DNA of 64,000 nucleotides from Armatimonadota bacterium (GTDB taxonomy: Bacteria; Armatimonadota; UBA5829; DTLH01). Shown here one piece after another: positions 10,489 to 18,959 of this stretch. Position 1 is the stretch's first letter; each line of letters begins with the position of its first letter. The DNA is taken from NCBI GenBank assembly GCA_029551395.1, contig JAKPFN010000140.1, positions 177 through 64,176 on the forward strand, written 5' to 3'. The notes under the pieces were generated by a model. It was given only the letters and a program-made list of their open reading frames with translations, was not told the DNA's origin and did not search any database. The position numbers and the translations under genes were made by a program.

Positions 10489-11126
10489 TGGCCGCCGGAA
10501 GCCTTCTTGGCCCTGCGGTACTTGATGAGTTCAGCCGCAACAATTGCACCTGGGACATCGGCAAGCGTGCCGACCTTGTCTATAACCCTGCCCAAAGCCC
10601 TGTGTGCTGGCTCGTCTATCTTGCCATCCGGGTGTATCCTATCCATTGCATCAGAAATAATTTGGATAGCTTCAAATAAAAACTGCCCACGGGTCTGTGG
10701 AAGCTGTCTTAGCGGAGTTTGAGCATATTTACGTGAACACTGTTCAGAAATCGTTTCCCATGCTCTGTCTGCTGCACGTTCTACATGTTTGCGCTCCAGT
10801 GCTTCTTTACGAGTCTTCTCCGCAATTGCTTCACGCTTCTTGAAGGCTTCATAATCTTGAATAGTCGTGCCTTCAATAATCTTGAGCTGCATCTGCGAGC
10901 CAATTAGCTCGGTCAATACCCGTTCGATGGTGTTCTTGTGGTCAGCGCTCGTTAAGTAACCAGCCATTGGAGAATCGCTGGGTGGAAATCCTACTATGAA
11001 CTGGCCATTCTCAGTGGTTACTCCATAGCCCATTTCCAGTGCACGCCATAGTGTAGGGGCAAGTGTTCTGTCTTTGACGCGCTCAACCGCCTCCAGCCAT
11101 ATTTTTCTAGCCTCGGCTTCTTTCAT
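10485..11126 (-). CDS. Hypothetical protein with DnaA N-terminal (domain I)-like region
   Basis: The segment IWLEAVERVKDRTLAPTLWRALEMGYGVTTENGQFIVGFPPSDSPMAGYL follows the DnaA_N W...F..W pattern. Its stop overlaps the start of the downstream DUF1559 gene (ATGA). Confidence 0.45.
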   Translation of the reverse strand: MKEAEARKIWLEAVERVKDRTLAPTLWRALEMGYGVTTENGQFIVGFPPSDSPMAGYLTSADHKNTIERVLTELIGSQMQLKIIEGTTIQDYEAFKKREAIAEKTRKEALERKHVERAADRAWETISEQCSRKYAQTPLRQLPQTRGQFLFEAIQIISDAMDRIHPDGKIDEPAHRALGRVIDKVGTLADVPGAIVAAELIKYRRAKKASGGQ

Positions 11127-11189
11127 CCCTATTACCTCTATATATGAATACTATCTCTTTGTAATTATACTGACGAATTTAGTACACAG

Positions 11190-11480
11190 TCAATGTAAGA
11201 GGAGTGACGAGTTGCGAGTGATGAGTAACGAGTATGCGTCGGCGCAGGTTTTTGGCGCCGACGCATCTGACGAGTATCTCGTCATCCTGGGACGCATAAC
11301 TGTCATCCTGAACCACGGCCATAACTTGATTGAAGGTTGTTTCAAGATTTAAATCGAGATGCAGAATCAGGTTCGGCATGACGGTAGCGGATTAAGATGC
11401 TCACTCGTCACTCATTACTCATTTCACTCATCACTCGATACACTCATCACTCGATACCCGTTACTGTATCCCCATTTTCT
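11190..11480. repeat. Family A modular intergenic repeat element
   Basis: It has GAGTGAYGA heptad arrays at both ends in inverted orientation. A 12-bp-stem hairpin atgcgtcggcgc/gcgccgacgcat lies at 11234-11266. Related copies occur at 18238-18300 and 57637-57890. Confidence 0.6.
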
Positions 11481-11494
11481 GGTATACTTCATCT

Positions 11495-13870
11495 ATGCAT
11501 CGAACAACTGTCTATCTGCTTTGGTTATGTTTAGCTCTAATTGTTGCTTCCGTATGTCTGGCTGAAGAAGTTGCAGAACCCGCCGGGCCGGTGGCATGGG
11601 TCGAACTTGGCTCAATCAACGTGGAACACGGACTATCACTTCTAAACGGAGCTGACGGAGTCAATGAACCTGCCACAATAGGTGGCTCCAAATGCCGCAG
11701 GAATGTGATAGACGGCGACTCTCCTTCTCATTACCTATACTTCAACTATGACTCAAACGTCAGCAGAATACGCCGCCCGGTCTACATCATTGTAGAATAC
11801 TTCGATGAAGGGTTTGGGTTCTTCCGAGTGCAATACGATTCGGCAGACCTGTCTTCTCCGAACCGTGGAGCTTATAAGGACAGCACAAACGAGATTCTGC
11901 TCGACTCCAGGCAGTGGCGCAAAGCTGTTTTCGAACTCACAGATGCACGGTTCGATAACAGGCAGAACCTCGGTGCAGATTTCAGGCTTATGTGCAGTGG
12001 ACAACTCGCTATCAGAAAGGTCTCCATCGAAATGGGCCACAGTAGCGAATTTGGCAAGCACTCACAGGAACAACGCGAAAGAATCGCTTGCTGTGCGGGG
12101 AAACTGACACCTCCTAAGAATGTCCAGATAGTCTTCGGTGCACCAGAAGCAGCCCAACCGAGCGATATGCAGCAGGTATTGGCTGACCTGAAAATCCTTG
12201 CACCAATGATAAAAGCTCTTGGAGCTACCAGCATCGAGACCCAGGTCAGGTGGGACTTTGTGGAATCCTCTCCAGGCCGATGGGATTGGCGCTATTACGA
12301 TGCCATTGTCTCGATTCTAAAGGAAAATGGGCTTAAGTGGAGCCCCTGCATAGTAATAGACCCTGCTTACGCCACTCCTTCATGGTATCAAGCCTCAAAT
12401 CATTCAGTCAGCGCCCGATGTCTCGAACATAACGAAGACAGTAAAACGCAGTCTATCTGGAATCCAGACCTGCCTCTCAGGGTAGACCAGTTCCTGATGC
12501 AGTTTGGAGAACATTTCGGCTCCAGTAACCAGGTTGAATCGGTCCTGATTGGGATAAGCGGCGATTTCGGTGAAGCTGCCTTCCCTAATGCGAGCGAAGG
12601 TTGGATAAAAAACGCAGCGGAAGAACACCATACACACACAGGATTCTGGTGCGGCGACGATTACGCTCGCAGCGACTTTCAACGTTATATAGAAGGCCAG
12701 TATGGCAAAATAGATGCTCTGAACGCAGCATGGAAAACCAGTTTTGCGAGTTTCGAGGAAGTCACACCGTTCGTTCCCGATGAGACTCATTCTTCCCGCG
12801 CCAGACTCGACTTCTTGAACTGGTACAGAGGACGAATGACCAAGTGGGCCAGCTATTGGCTCGATACTGCAAGAATATACCTCCCCAGAACAGCGCTTTA
12901 TCTGTGTACAGGAGGAGATGGCCAACCAGCTCATGGTGTAGACCTGTCAGCCCAGTGCAAAGCGGCAGGTAAAGTAGAGGCAGGAGTCAGGCTGATAAGC
13001 GAAACGCAGGATTATGCGATGAATTTCGCACTTACGCGGCTTGCCGTTTCAGCCAGCAGGCATTACGGCGCTTATTACTCCTTCGAGCCAGCTACGCTGG
13101 TATCTGCTGAAGGTCTGCCAGCACGGTTTTACAACTCAGTGACCTCAAAAGCCCGAGGGTTACACACTCATTATCCTACAGTTCTGGTCCAGCCTGGTGG
13201 AATAACCTCGTGGCGAAATGAATACCACAGGTTAGGTTCTCCCGTAACTCGCAGACCAGCAGTTGCGCTCCTTTATCCGCGAACATCGCTTTCCTTGAAA
13301 TGGGGAGGGTTCTATGAGAAGGCAATGCTGCTCAGAGACGCCTTTGCCTTTGATATCGTTGATGAGTCGATGATACAGGATGAAGCTCTCAAACGCTACC
13401 GCGTGCTGGTGATTGCCGCAGGGCAGGTTTTTGAAGAAAAGGATGCAGCCCGCATCGTATCCTGGGTCGAGTCCGGCGGTGTCTTAGTGACTTGCGACCT
13501 TGGCGGGTTCTATTCGGTCGAAGGAACCGAATCAACGCTTGCTTCGATATTCGATACAGCCAGCGGACGCTCTCCGGCAGTCAAAGAGGTCGGTGAGGGT
13601 CTTGCTATCTACATAGCAAAAGGCTGGAGTAATGACGATACCCCTGTTGCTGCCATTGTTGAGGCGCTGGACAGTCTGGGAACAAGAGTCCAGGTCAATC
13701 TGGTGCCGGATGGGGCTGTGGACAGGGTTTATGTATCGGATTTGGGCGGATACTTGCTTGCCTACAATGCAGGCAGCGAGGATGTGGAACGAGAACTCCA
13801 GGTAGGAATAGGCCGAAGGCAGAAAGTTAAGCTCCCGGCAGGCCAGGTCACGAAAATAATCACCGAGTAG
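11495..13870 (+). CDS. Secreted glycoside hydrolase family 42-like protein (beta-galactosidase-like) with unknown N-terminal domain
   Basis: A signal peptide is present. There is a TIM-barrel GH42-like region (RWDFVES...WDWRYYD) and a GH42 trimerisation-like region (VLVIAAGQVFEE...GGVLVTCDLGG). Confidence 0.65.
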   Translation: MHRTTVYLLWLCLALIVASVCLAEEVAEPAGPVAWVELGSINVEHGLSLLNGADGVNEPATIGGSKCRRNVIDGDSPSHYLYFNYDSNVSRIRRPVYIIVEYFDEGFGFFRVQYDSADLSSPNRGAYKDSTNEILLDSRQWRKAVFELTDARFDNRQNLGADFRLMCSGQLAIRKVSIEMGHSSEFGKHSQEQRERIACCAGKLTPPKNVQIVFGAPEAAQPSDMQQVLADLKILAPMIKALGATSIETQVRWDFVESSPGRWDWRYYDAIVSILKENGLKWSPCIVIDPAYATPSWYQASNHSVSARCLEHNEDSKTQSIWNPDLPLRVDQFLMQFGEHFGSSNQVESVLIGISGDFGEAAFPNASEGWIKNAAEEHHTHTGFWCGDDYARSDFQRYIEGQYGKIDALNAAWKTSFASFEEVTPFVPDETHSSRARLDFLNWYRGRMTKWASYWLDTARIYLPRTALYLCTGGDGQPAHGVDLSAQCKAAGKVEAGVRLISETQDYAMNFALTRLAVSASRHYGAYYSFEPATLVSAEGLPARFYNSVTSKARGLHTHYPTVLVQPGGITSWRNEYHRLGSPVTRRPAVALLYPRTSLSLKWGGFYEKAMLLRDAFAFDIVDESMIQDEALKRYRVLVIAAGQVFEEKDAARIVSWVESGGVLVTCDLGGFYSVEGTESTLASIFDTASGRSPAVKEVGEGLAIYIAKGWSNDDTPVAAIVEALDSLGTRVQVNLVPDGAVDRVYVSDLGGYLLAYNAGSEDVERELQVGIGRRQKVKLPAGQVTKIITE

Positions 13871-14018
13871 CGCCGGTATTACATTCGACATCTCTTTTTC
13901 GGCTGTCTTCGCCTATAATGGCTTTCGATTGCCTTCCCGACTCTCAGTTTCGCTGTTATGAGCCTGCGGGTAATCCATTCATGCCAGACTGTTTTGCTCG
14001 TAATGGAGGAAGGATAAA

Positions 14019-14321
14019 ATGGCGGAGTCAATGACTACAGAGCAGCAAGTGGCAGAGAAGACAATGGAAGCCGAAAAGCGGGGAATGGAGCGCGTTCGTG
14101 AAGGCGAGCCGACCAAGGCGCTTCTTGAAGCTGGTGAGACAGCTCCATCTACGCTTTATGCGTATTTGGCGGGAGCTTCAGTCCTTCTCTCAGCGATTCT
14201 ATTCTTTACCCGAAAAAGCAAGGATTGGTCTTTGTTTATCGGGCAGTGGGCTCCAACCTTCCTGGCGCTGGGATTGTTCACAAAGCTGCTGAAGCCATCC
14301 AAAGAGCAGCCTCAGATGTAA
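14019..14321 (+). CDS. Small two-TM membrane protein, hypothetical
   Basis: The SD sequence is GGAGGAAGG. The C-terminal half is hydrophobic. A strong terminator follows. Confidence 0.5.
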   Translation: MAESMTTEQQVAEKTMEAEKRGMERVREGEPTKALLEAGETAPSTLYAYLAGASVLLSAILFFTRKSKDWSLFIGQWAPTFLALGLFTKLLKPSKEQPQM

Positions 14322-14344
14322 ACCTGGTGGACATAACGGATGGT

Positions 14345-14390
14345 AAAGACACTCAGGCCGCTCAGGTCATTCGCTTGAGCGGCCTATTTC
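14345..14390 (+). terminator. Rho-independent terminator
   Basis: A 12-bp stem (aggccgctcagg / cttgagcggcct) is followed by a T-rich tract. Confidence 0.6.
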
Positions 14391-14674
14391 TATTCTTCGG
14401 TTTGCAGGTTTAAAAGCCGCAGTATAAATCCGCAACCTATGATTTGATAAATGTAACTCGACATAATCATCTATCCAAGTATTTTCTTACTGCTGGTGCG
14501 GCCGGTATCTCGAATTCTCATCTGATATTCTATCATCATTCCCCCATACTGATGTAGAACAAGTTGAAACAATAGATATAAATAGCTGGATACAATAACT
14601 ATTGTGTATTGTCCGACATAGTATGGAACATTTATGGCAGGTACATCTGTAGACGATAACCGGGGGGTATTCCT

Positions 14675-15121
14675 GTGCACTTTCGTATTGCCTCGAAACG
14701 AGGATTCACGCTAGTGGAAGTGGTTGTTTCTATAACCGTGTTCTCGTTTCTGATGTTAGTGTTTTCAACCAGCGTAATTCTTGCAGAAAAAACATCCCAT
14801 ATGAATGGCCAATACGCGCAGGCTATCAGTCTTTGTCAGCATAAGATTGACCAGATGCGGGCTGTTGGTTATGGGCGCATCAACTACACTGAACTCTCTG
14901 ATGCAGGAATAATAGATGATGCTCCAGAAAACCTTCAATACTCATTTGTTGGAGTAGATGAAGTCGCAAATTACCTACCGAATCCAACCGCCAGAATAAA
15001 CATTCAGAGTATAGGAACAGACAAAATAAAGGTCACTGTCACAATAACGTGGAAGGTTGCATCTCATGAATCAAAGACGAGCAGTACCAGTCTTTCAGCT
15101 ATCATTACCAACGTGGAGTAA
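14675..15121 (+). CDS. Type IV minor pilin (PilV/GspI-like), prepilin N-terminal methylation domain
   Basis: It begins KRGFTLVEVVVSITVFSFLMLV. It uses a GTG start and is the first gene of a 3-gene pilin operon. Confidence 0.7.
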   Translation: MHFRIASKRGFTLVEVVVSITVFSFLMLVFSTSVILAEKTSHMNGQYAQAISLCQHKIDQMRAVGYGRINYTELSDAGIIDDAPENLQYSFVGVDEVANYLPNPTARINIQSIGTDKIKVTVTITWKVASHESKTSSTSLSAIITNVE

Positions 15122-15665
15122 ACTCATACTAATTCGGAAAAACTGCAGTGGATATACGCTGGTAGAAGTAATAACGGCATTAACCATCACGACACTGATA
15201 GGCGCAGGTGCGCTTGCCATGATGGTAAGTTCTTTAAGATGTTTTGACAATGCAAGCGTGAAGAGCTTCACCGATTCTGATGCAGTTATTGCGATGCAGA
15301 GAATAGTAAACGATGTTCGTGAAGCTAAGAGTGTCAGCATTCTCGACGGCGGTAGTAGGTTGAGAGTGATATTTCCCCAAGTAACTTCCGATGGATACTA
15401 CGACCGCCACCATTGGGATGCAACAAACCAGGTGAATTACTATCTATCGGACTCGACTGGCGATCTTGGTAGAACTGGCAACTGGCTCTGGCGGTGCAAA
15501 ATCAACAAAAGCCCTGAAATCGTTAAAAGAAATGTAGTATCTATTGATTTTGAACAGGATACAGCCAGATCCATAAAAATAACTTTGACAGCAGAGAATA
15601 AAGCTGCCAGTGGACCAAAGAGAACCGACTTAACCCAACGAGTTGTCTACCTGAGGAATTATTGA
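15057..15665 (+). CDS. Type IV minor pilin (PilW/GspJ-like), prepilin domain with long leader
   Basis: The N-terminal segment reads CSGYTLVEVITALTITTLIGAGALAMM. The start is uncertain (ATG 15057 or 15066). It overlaps the upstream gene. Confidence 0.6.
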   Translation: MHLMNQRRAVPVFQLSLPTWSKLILIRKNCSGYTLVEVITALTITTLIGAGALAMMVSSLRCFDNASVKSFTDSDAVIAMQRIVNDVREAKSVSILDGGSRLRVIFPQVTSDGYYDRHHWDATNQVNYYLSDSTGDLGRTGNWLWRCKINKSPEIVKRNVVSIDFEQDTARSIKITLTAENKAASGPKRTDLTQRVVYLRNY

Positions 15666-17236
15666 TGATGACTAGATACAACAGCAAAACAGGTCATAAC
15701 TTGCCAAATGACAATGTCCGTCTTCAGTCAAACGCAGGAACAGCTCTCATTATAACGGTCATTGCTATGTTTATAATAACATCAGCAACGGTGGCAGTGC
15801 TTTTCCTGACTGCAAATGCGTTGCATTTGAACGGCAAGCAGGCTGCAGGAGCAACCGCGTTCAACATTGCTGAATCAGGTGCAGAGATAGCAGCCCTTTG
15901 GCTGAAGACTCAACCTTCTCCACCAGATGTGATATATGCATTCGACCCATTCGGCGGGAAGCAATCTCTGGATGGAGGTCACTATCAAGTGACTATCTAT
16001 CCGGATCCCGACAATGCGACATCATATCTGAAGACATTTAGAATTGTCTCTGTTGGTGATGTTCACGGCTCGACCAAGACCATCGAAGTAGTAGTCAAAC
16101 AAGCTTCTTTCGGCAGATATGCATACTTTACTGACAAAGAGACATCCAGTATCGGTGGCGGCGCTATATGGTGGAAAGCAGGCGAACGTGTAGATGGCCC
16201 TGTGCATAGTAACAACAGGAATGGATCGAACTTTCAGATCAATTATAACGGTTCCTATTCACCGATATTCCTTGACATAGTGACCGGCGCAGGATCATCA
16301 ATCACCTACTCGCCTCGCAGACCAAGAGACGAAGCTACTTTCAAGAGAATCTTTGCTGATGGCAGCAAGGGTTTCAAGCTGGGAGTCACCCCTATTCCTC
16401 TGCCTGAGTCTACTGATGTTCAGAAGTCTGCTGCCTGGGGATCCTCAGCCGGTTTCCCTAGCACGAATGGTGTTTATCTTAGAGCCGATATGCAAGGCGG
16501 GATATATATCCGGGGTGATGCAGGCATCACATTGTCTACCGATACCGACGGCAACCAGAAGTTTACTATTACTCAGGGAACGAAAACCACCGTCATCACG
16601 CTTAACAGATATACGAGGACAATATCGACTTCAGGGCCAATGGGATCTGGAAGCCCGACGAGCGCGACTTCTCTAGGCACAGGAGTCATTTATTGTACAG
16701 GCCATATCACCTCATTAAAAGGTGAAGTTGCCGACAATCTCGTAGTAAATGGAGAAATTGCTGTTAGATCATCATTCACTATAGCCACTGACGTAAACGC
16801 TGGAAAAACCATAAACATAACGAACAACATCTACTACCGGACTAGACCAGACAAGACGCGCGATAGCGATGATTATGTAAACCTGGCGGCTGGGACCTTA
16901 GGACTGGTCGCTAAAGATATTATTATCGACTCCACGGCTCCGCGAAACCTTGAGATAAATGCTGTCTGCATGGCTGGAGGACAAAACACGACATCGGGCA
17001 GTTTCTATGTGGAGAACTATGATTCCAAGACCCCTACGGGTACGCTTACAGTCCTTGGAGGAATAATACAGAAGGCAAGAGGCCCAGTCGGAACTTTCAA
17101 CTCATCGACTGGACAGACATCCACAGGGTATGCGAAGAACTACTCGTACGATCCAAGGCTTGTAGTCAACCCACCTCCTTTCTATCCAACAACAGGCCAA
17201 TACGAACGGTTGTCATGGCGATTGCTGCCGAATTAA
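15662..17236 (+). CDS. PilX-N-domain minor pilin fused to ~400-aa beta-rich (beta-helix-like) C-terminal domain; candidate tip adhesin
   Basis: The segment NAGTALIITVIAMFIITSATVAVLFLTANALHL...FNIAESGAE resembles the PilX N-terminus. The C-terminus is Thr/Asn/Gly-rich and repetitive. It overlaps the upstream gene by ATGA. Confidence 0.65.
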   Translation: MMMTRYNSKTGHNLPNDNVRLQSNAGTALIITVIAMFIITSATVAVLFLTANALHLNGKQAAGATAFNIAESGAEIAALWLKTQPSPPDVIYAFDPFGGKQSLDGGHYQVTIYPDPDNATSYLKTFRIVSVGDVHGSTKTIEVVVKQASFGRYAYFTDKETSSIGGGAIWWKAGERVDGPVHSNNRNGSNFQINYNGSYSPIFLDIVTGAGSSITYSPRRPRDEATFKRIFADGSKGFKLGVTPIPLPESTDVQKSAAWGSSAGFPSTNGVYLRADMQGGIYIRGDAGITLSTDTDGNQKFTITQGTKTTVITLNRYTRTISTSGPMGSGSPTSATSLGTGVIYCTGHITSLKGEVADNLVVNGEIAVRSSFTIATDVNAGKTINITNNIYYRTRPDKTRDSDDYVNLAAGTLGLVAKDIIIDSTAPRNLEINAVCMAGGQNTTSGSFYVENYDSKTPTGTLTVLGGIIQKARGPVGTFNSSTGQTSTGYAKNYSYDPRLVVNPPPFYPTTGQYERLSWRLLPN

Positions 17237-17547
17237 TACGTTCACAACATAATCTGCTGTCTATGCTGCAGCAACTTCAGCCTTAGAAGAAGCTAACAAT
17301 AATCAACCAAAGCAAGTTGCCGCAGCCAGACGGTACAAGTTGTTACATCCAGTTCTGGAGAAAGGTTGCCTATCCTTTCCCCTTCTTCACTTATAAAGTA
17401 AAAAAGCCCACTGCACTACCAAACAATATAGGAGTCCGATACTACACTAGGCTCTGCCTTAATAGATTTCACTACAAATACATTGTCAACACCATACATA
17501 CAAAAAATGGAGTAAAAACAGTATCAAGCCGACTTATAAAAACATAA

Positions 17548-17581
17548 AGGCCGCTCAAGCATCAACTTAAGCGGCCTTTTT
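17548..17581. terminator. Bidirectional rho-independent terminator
   Basis: The stem aggccgctcaag / cttaagcggcct has one mismatch. It is flanked by A- and T-tracts and serves the minus-strand macro gene. Confidence 0.55.
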
Positions 17582-17586
17582 GCATC

Positions 17587-18168
17587 CTAATCAGCCTGTT
17601 CGCTGACCTGTTCCGGTTCTTCTTCAGTTGCCGGCGGCTTCATCAGTTCCTCAAGCGCATTAGCATAAACATCGAACGCTTTGCGTCCGTATAAGACGAA
17701 CCTGACCAACCTGATATCCTGATTGGACTTCAGGTAGTCTATAACCGTACTTAAGGCAATCCGAGCTGCCTGATCGATGGGAAAACCATACGCTCCCGTG
17801 CTAATAGATGGGAAAGAGATCGTCTCGATATTGTTCTCCGAGGCGACTTCCAGGCTTCTTCTGTAGGTTTTAGCAAGAAGATCAGCCTCATGGTGCTTTC
17901 CATCCCGGTAAACCGGCCCAACTGCATGGATTACATAAGGTGCTGCAAGGTTGCCGCCGATTGTTATCTTGGCATCTCCGGGATTACAACCGCCGAGTTT
18001 GCGGCATTCTTCCATGATTCTCGGCCCACCGGCGCGGTGGATGGCTCCATCTACCCCACCCCCGCCAAGCAGCGTGCGGTTCGCTGCATTTACGATAGCC
18101 TCGGTCGTTTGTTCAGTGATATCGCCTTCAACCAGTTCAAGTTCCGATTCCCCAATGCGGACTCTCAC
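17587..18168 (-). CDS. Macro domain protein (O-acetyl-ADP-ribose deacetylase, YmdB-like)
   Basis: It contains GDITEQTTEAIVNAANRTLLGGGGVDGAIHRAGGP. Confidence 0.85.
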   Translation of the reverse strand: MRVRIGESELELVEGDITEQTTEAIVNAANRTLLGGGGVDGAIHRAGGPRIMEECRKLGGCNPGDAKITIGGNLAAPYVIHAVGPVYRDGKHHEADLLAKTYRRSLEVASENNIETISFPSISTGAYGFPIDQAARIALSTVIDYLKSNQDIRLVRFVLYGRKAFDVYANALEELMKPPATEEEPEQVSEQAD

Positions 18169-18237
18169 TTCACACTACCTCCGGGTTACGTGGTGTCTAC
18201 CAGTCTACCTACACTAAGCTCCCCTGTCAACCATGCA

Positions 18238-18892
18238 AGTGCGGAATGCGGAGTGCGGAATGAAGGGAAATTACGAGTTTCGAGTGATGAGTGATGAGGA
18301 CAAAGCTCTAAGCTCGGGAGGAATTTGCAATTCCACCCGAACAACCACCATATCTCAAGCTAACAGCATTACGCAAAATCTCTACTTAACAGCCCACCCA
18401 TAGCCTTTCGTGCCCTTCGTCCGATTTCGTGCCCTTTGTGTTTCAAATACAGAGGCAAAAACACTTAACCTAGCTACCCAAACACCCGTTCGCATAAATA
18501 TCTCGAAAATATCCCCAATTTTTCTGTACTTTTTGGCCGAGTTGTTGTCTTATAATTATGGACAACAAAAACTTGAGTCCTTTACATAATCGTATTCCAG
18601 GGGCGCGAAAGAGGCCAAAATCCAGAAATAAAAAAACGCCGGAACAAACTCAAACAGCCATTTTTGAGCGTAAAACCTTGAGTTCGTTCCAGAAAACAGC
18701 TATAAAAACAGCCCGGAACAGACTCAGCTAAGGCAAAAAGGAAGGAGTGCAATAAAAAACATGCAAAACGAAATCATTTCCACGCTCACAAGCCACCATC
18801 CCAAGCTCAAACTGAGCTTATTTCACACCCATTTCGTTTTACCAAAACTACGAAATTCCACACTCCGCATTCCGCATTCCGCACTTGCAGGA
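18238..18892. repeat. Noncoding island bounded by inverted CATTCCG/CACTCCG heptad repeats (family A modules) and containing a family B palindrome
   Basis: The left arm gtgcggaatgcggagtgcggaatg is at 18240-18263. The right arm cactccgcattccgcattccgcac is at 18862-18888. gagtttcgagtgatgagtgatgag lies at 18274-18297 and a palindrome at 18313-18340. No credible ORF is present. Confidence 0.5.
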
Positions 18893-18959
18893 GGCGCTTC
18901 CCCTAATTCCTCGGCTCAGATTAGCCGATAAACTTGATAGCAAGTCCCAGAGGTTATCC

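Noticed and set aside
12404-12934. 176-aa minus-strand ORF inside the GH42-like gene
   Set aside because: It is antisense to a long coherent coding region. It has no homology signal.
18761-18931. 56-aa ORF MQNEIISTLTSHHPKLKLSLFHT… inside the noncoding island
   Set aside because: It runs through the heptad repeats and has low-complexity content. It is likely a by-product of the repeat.
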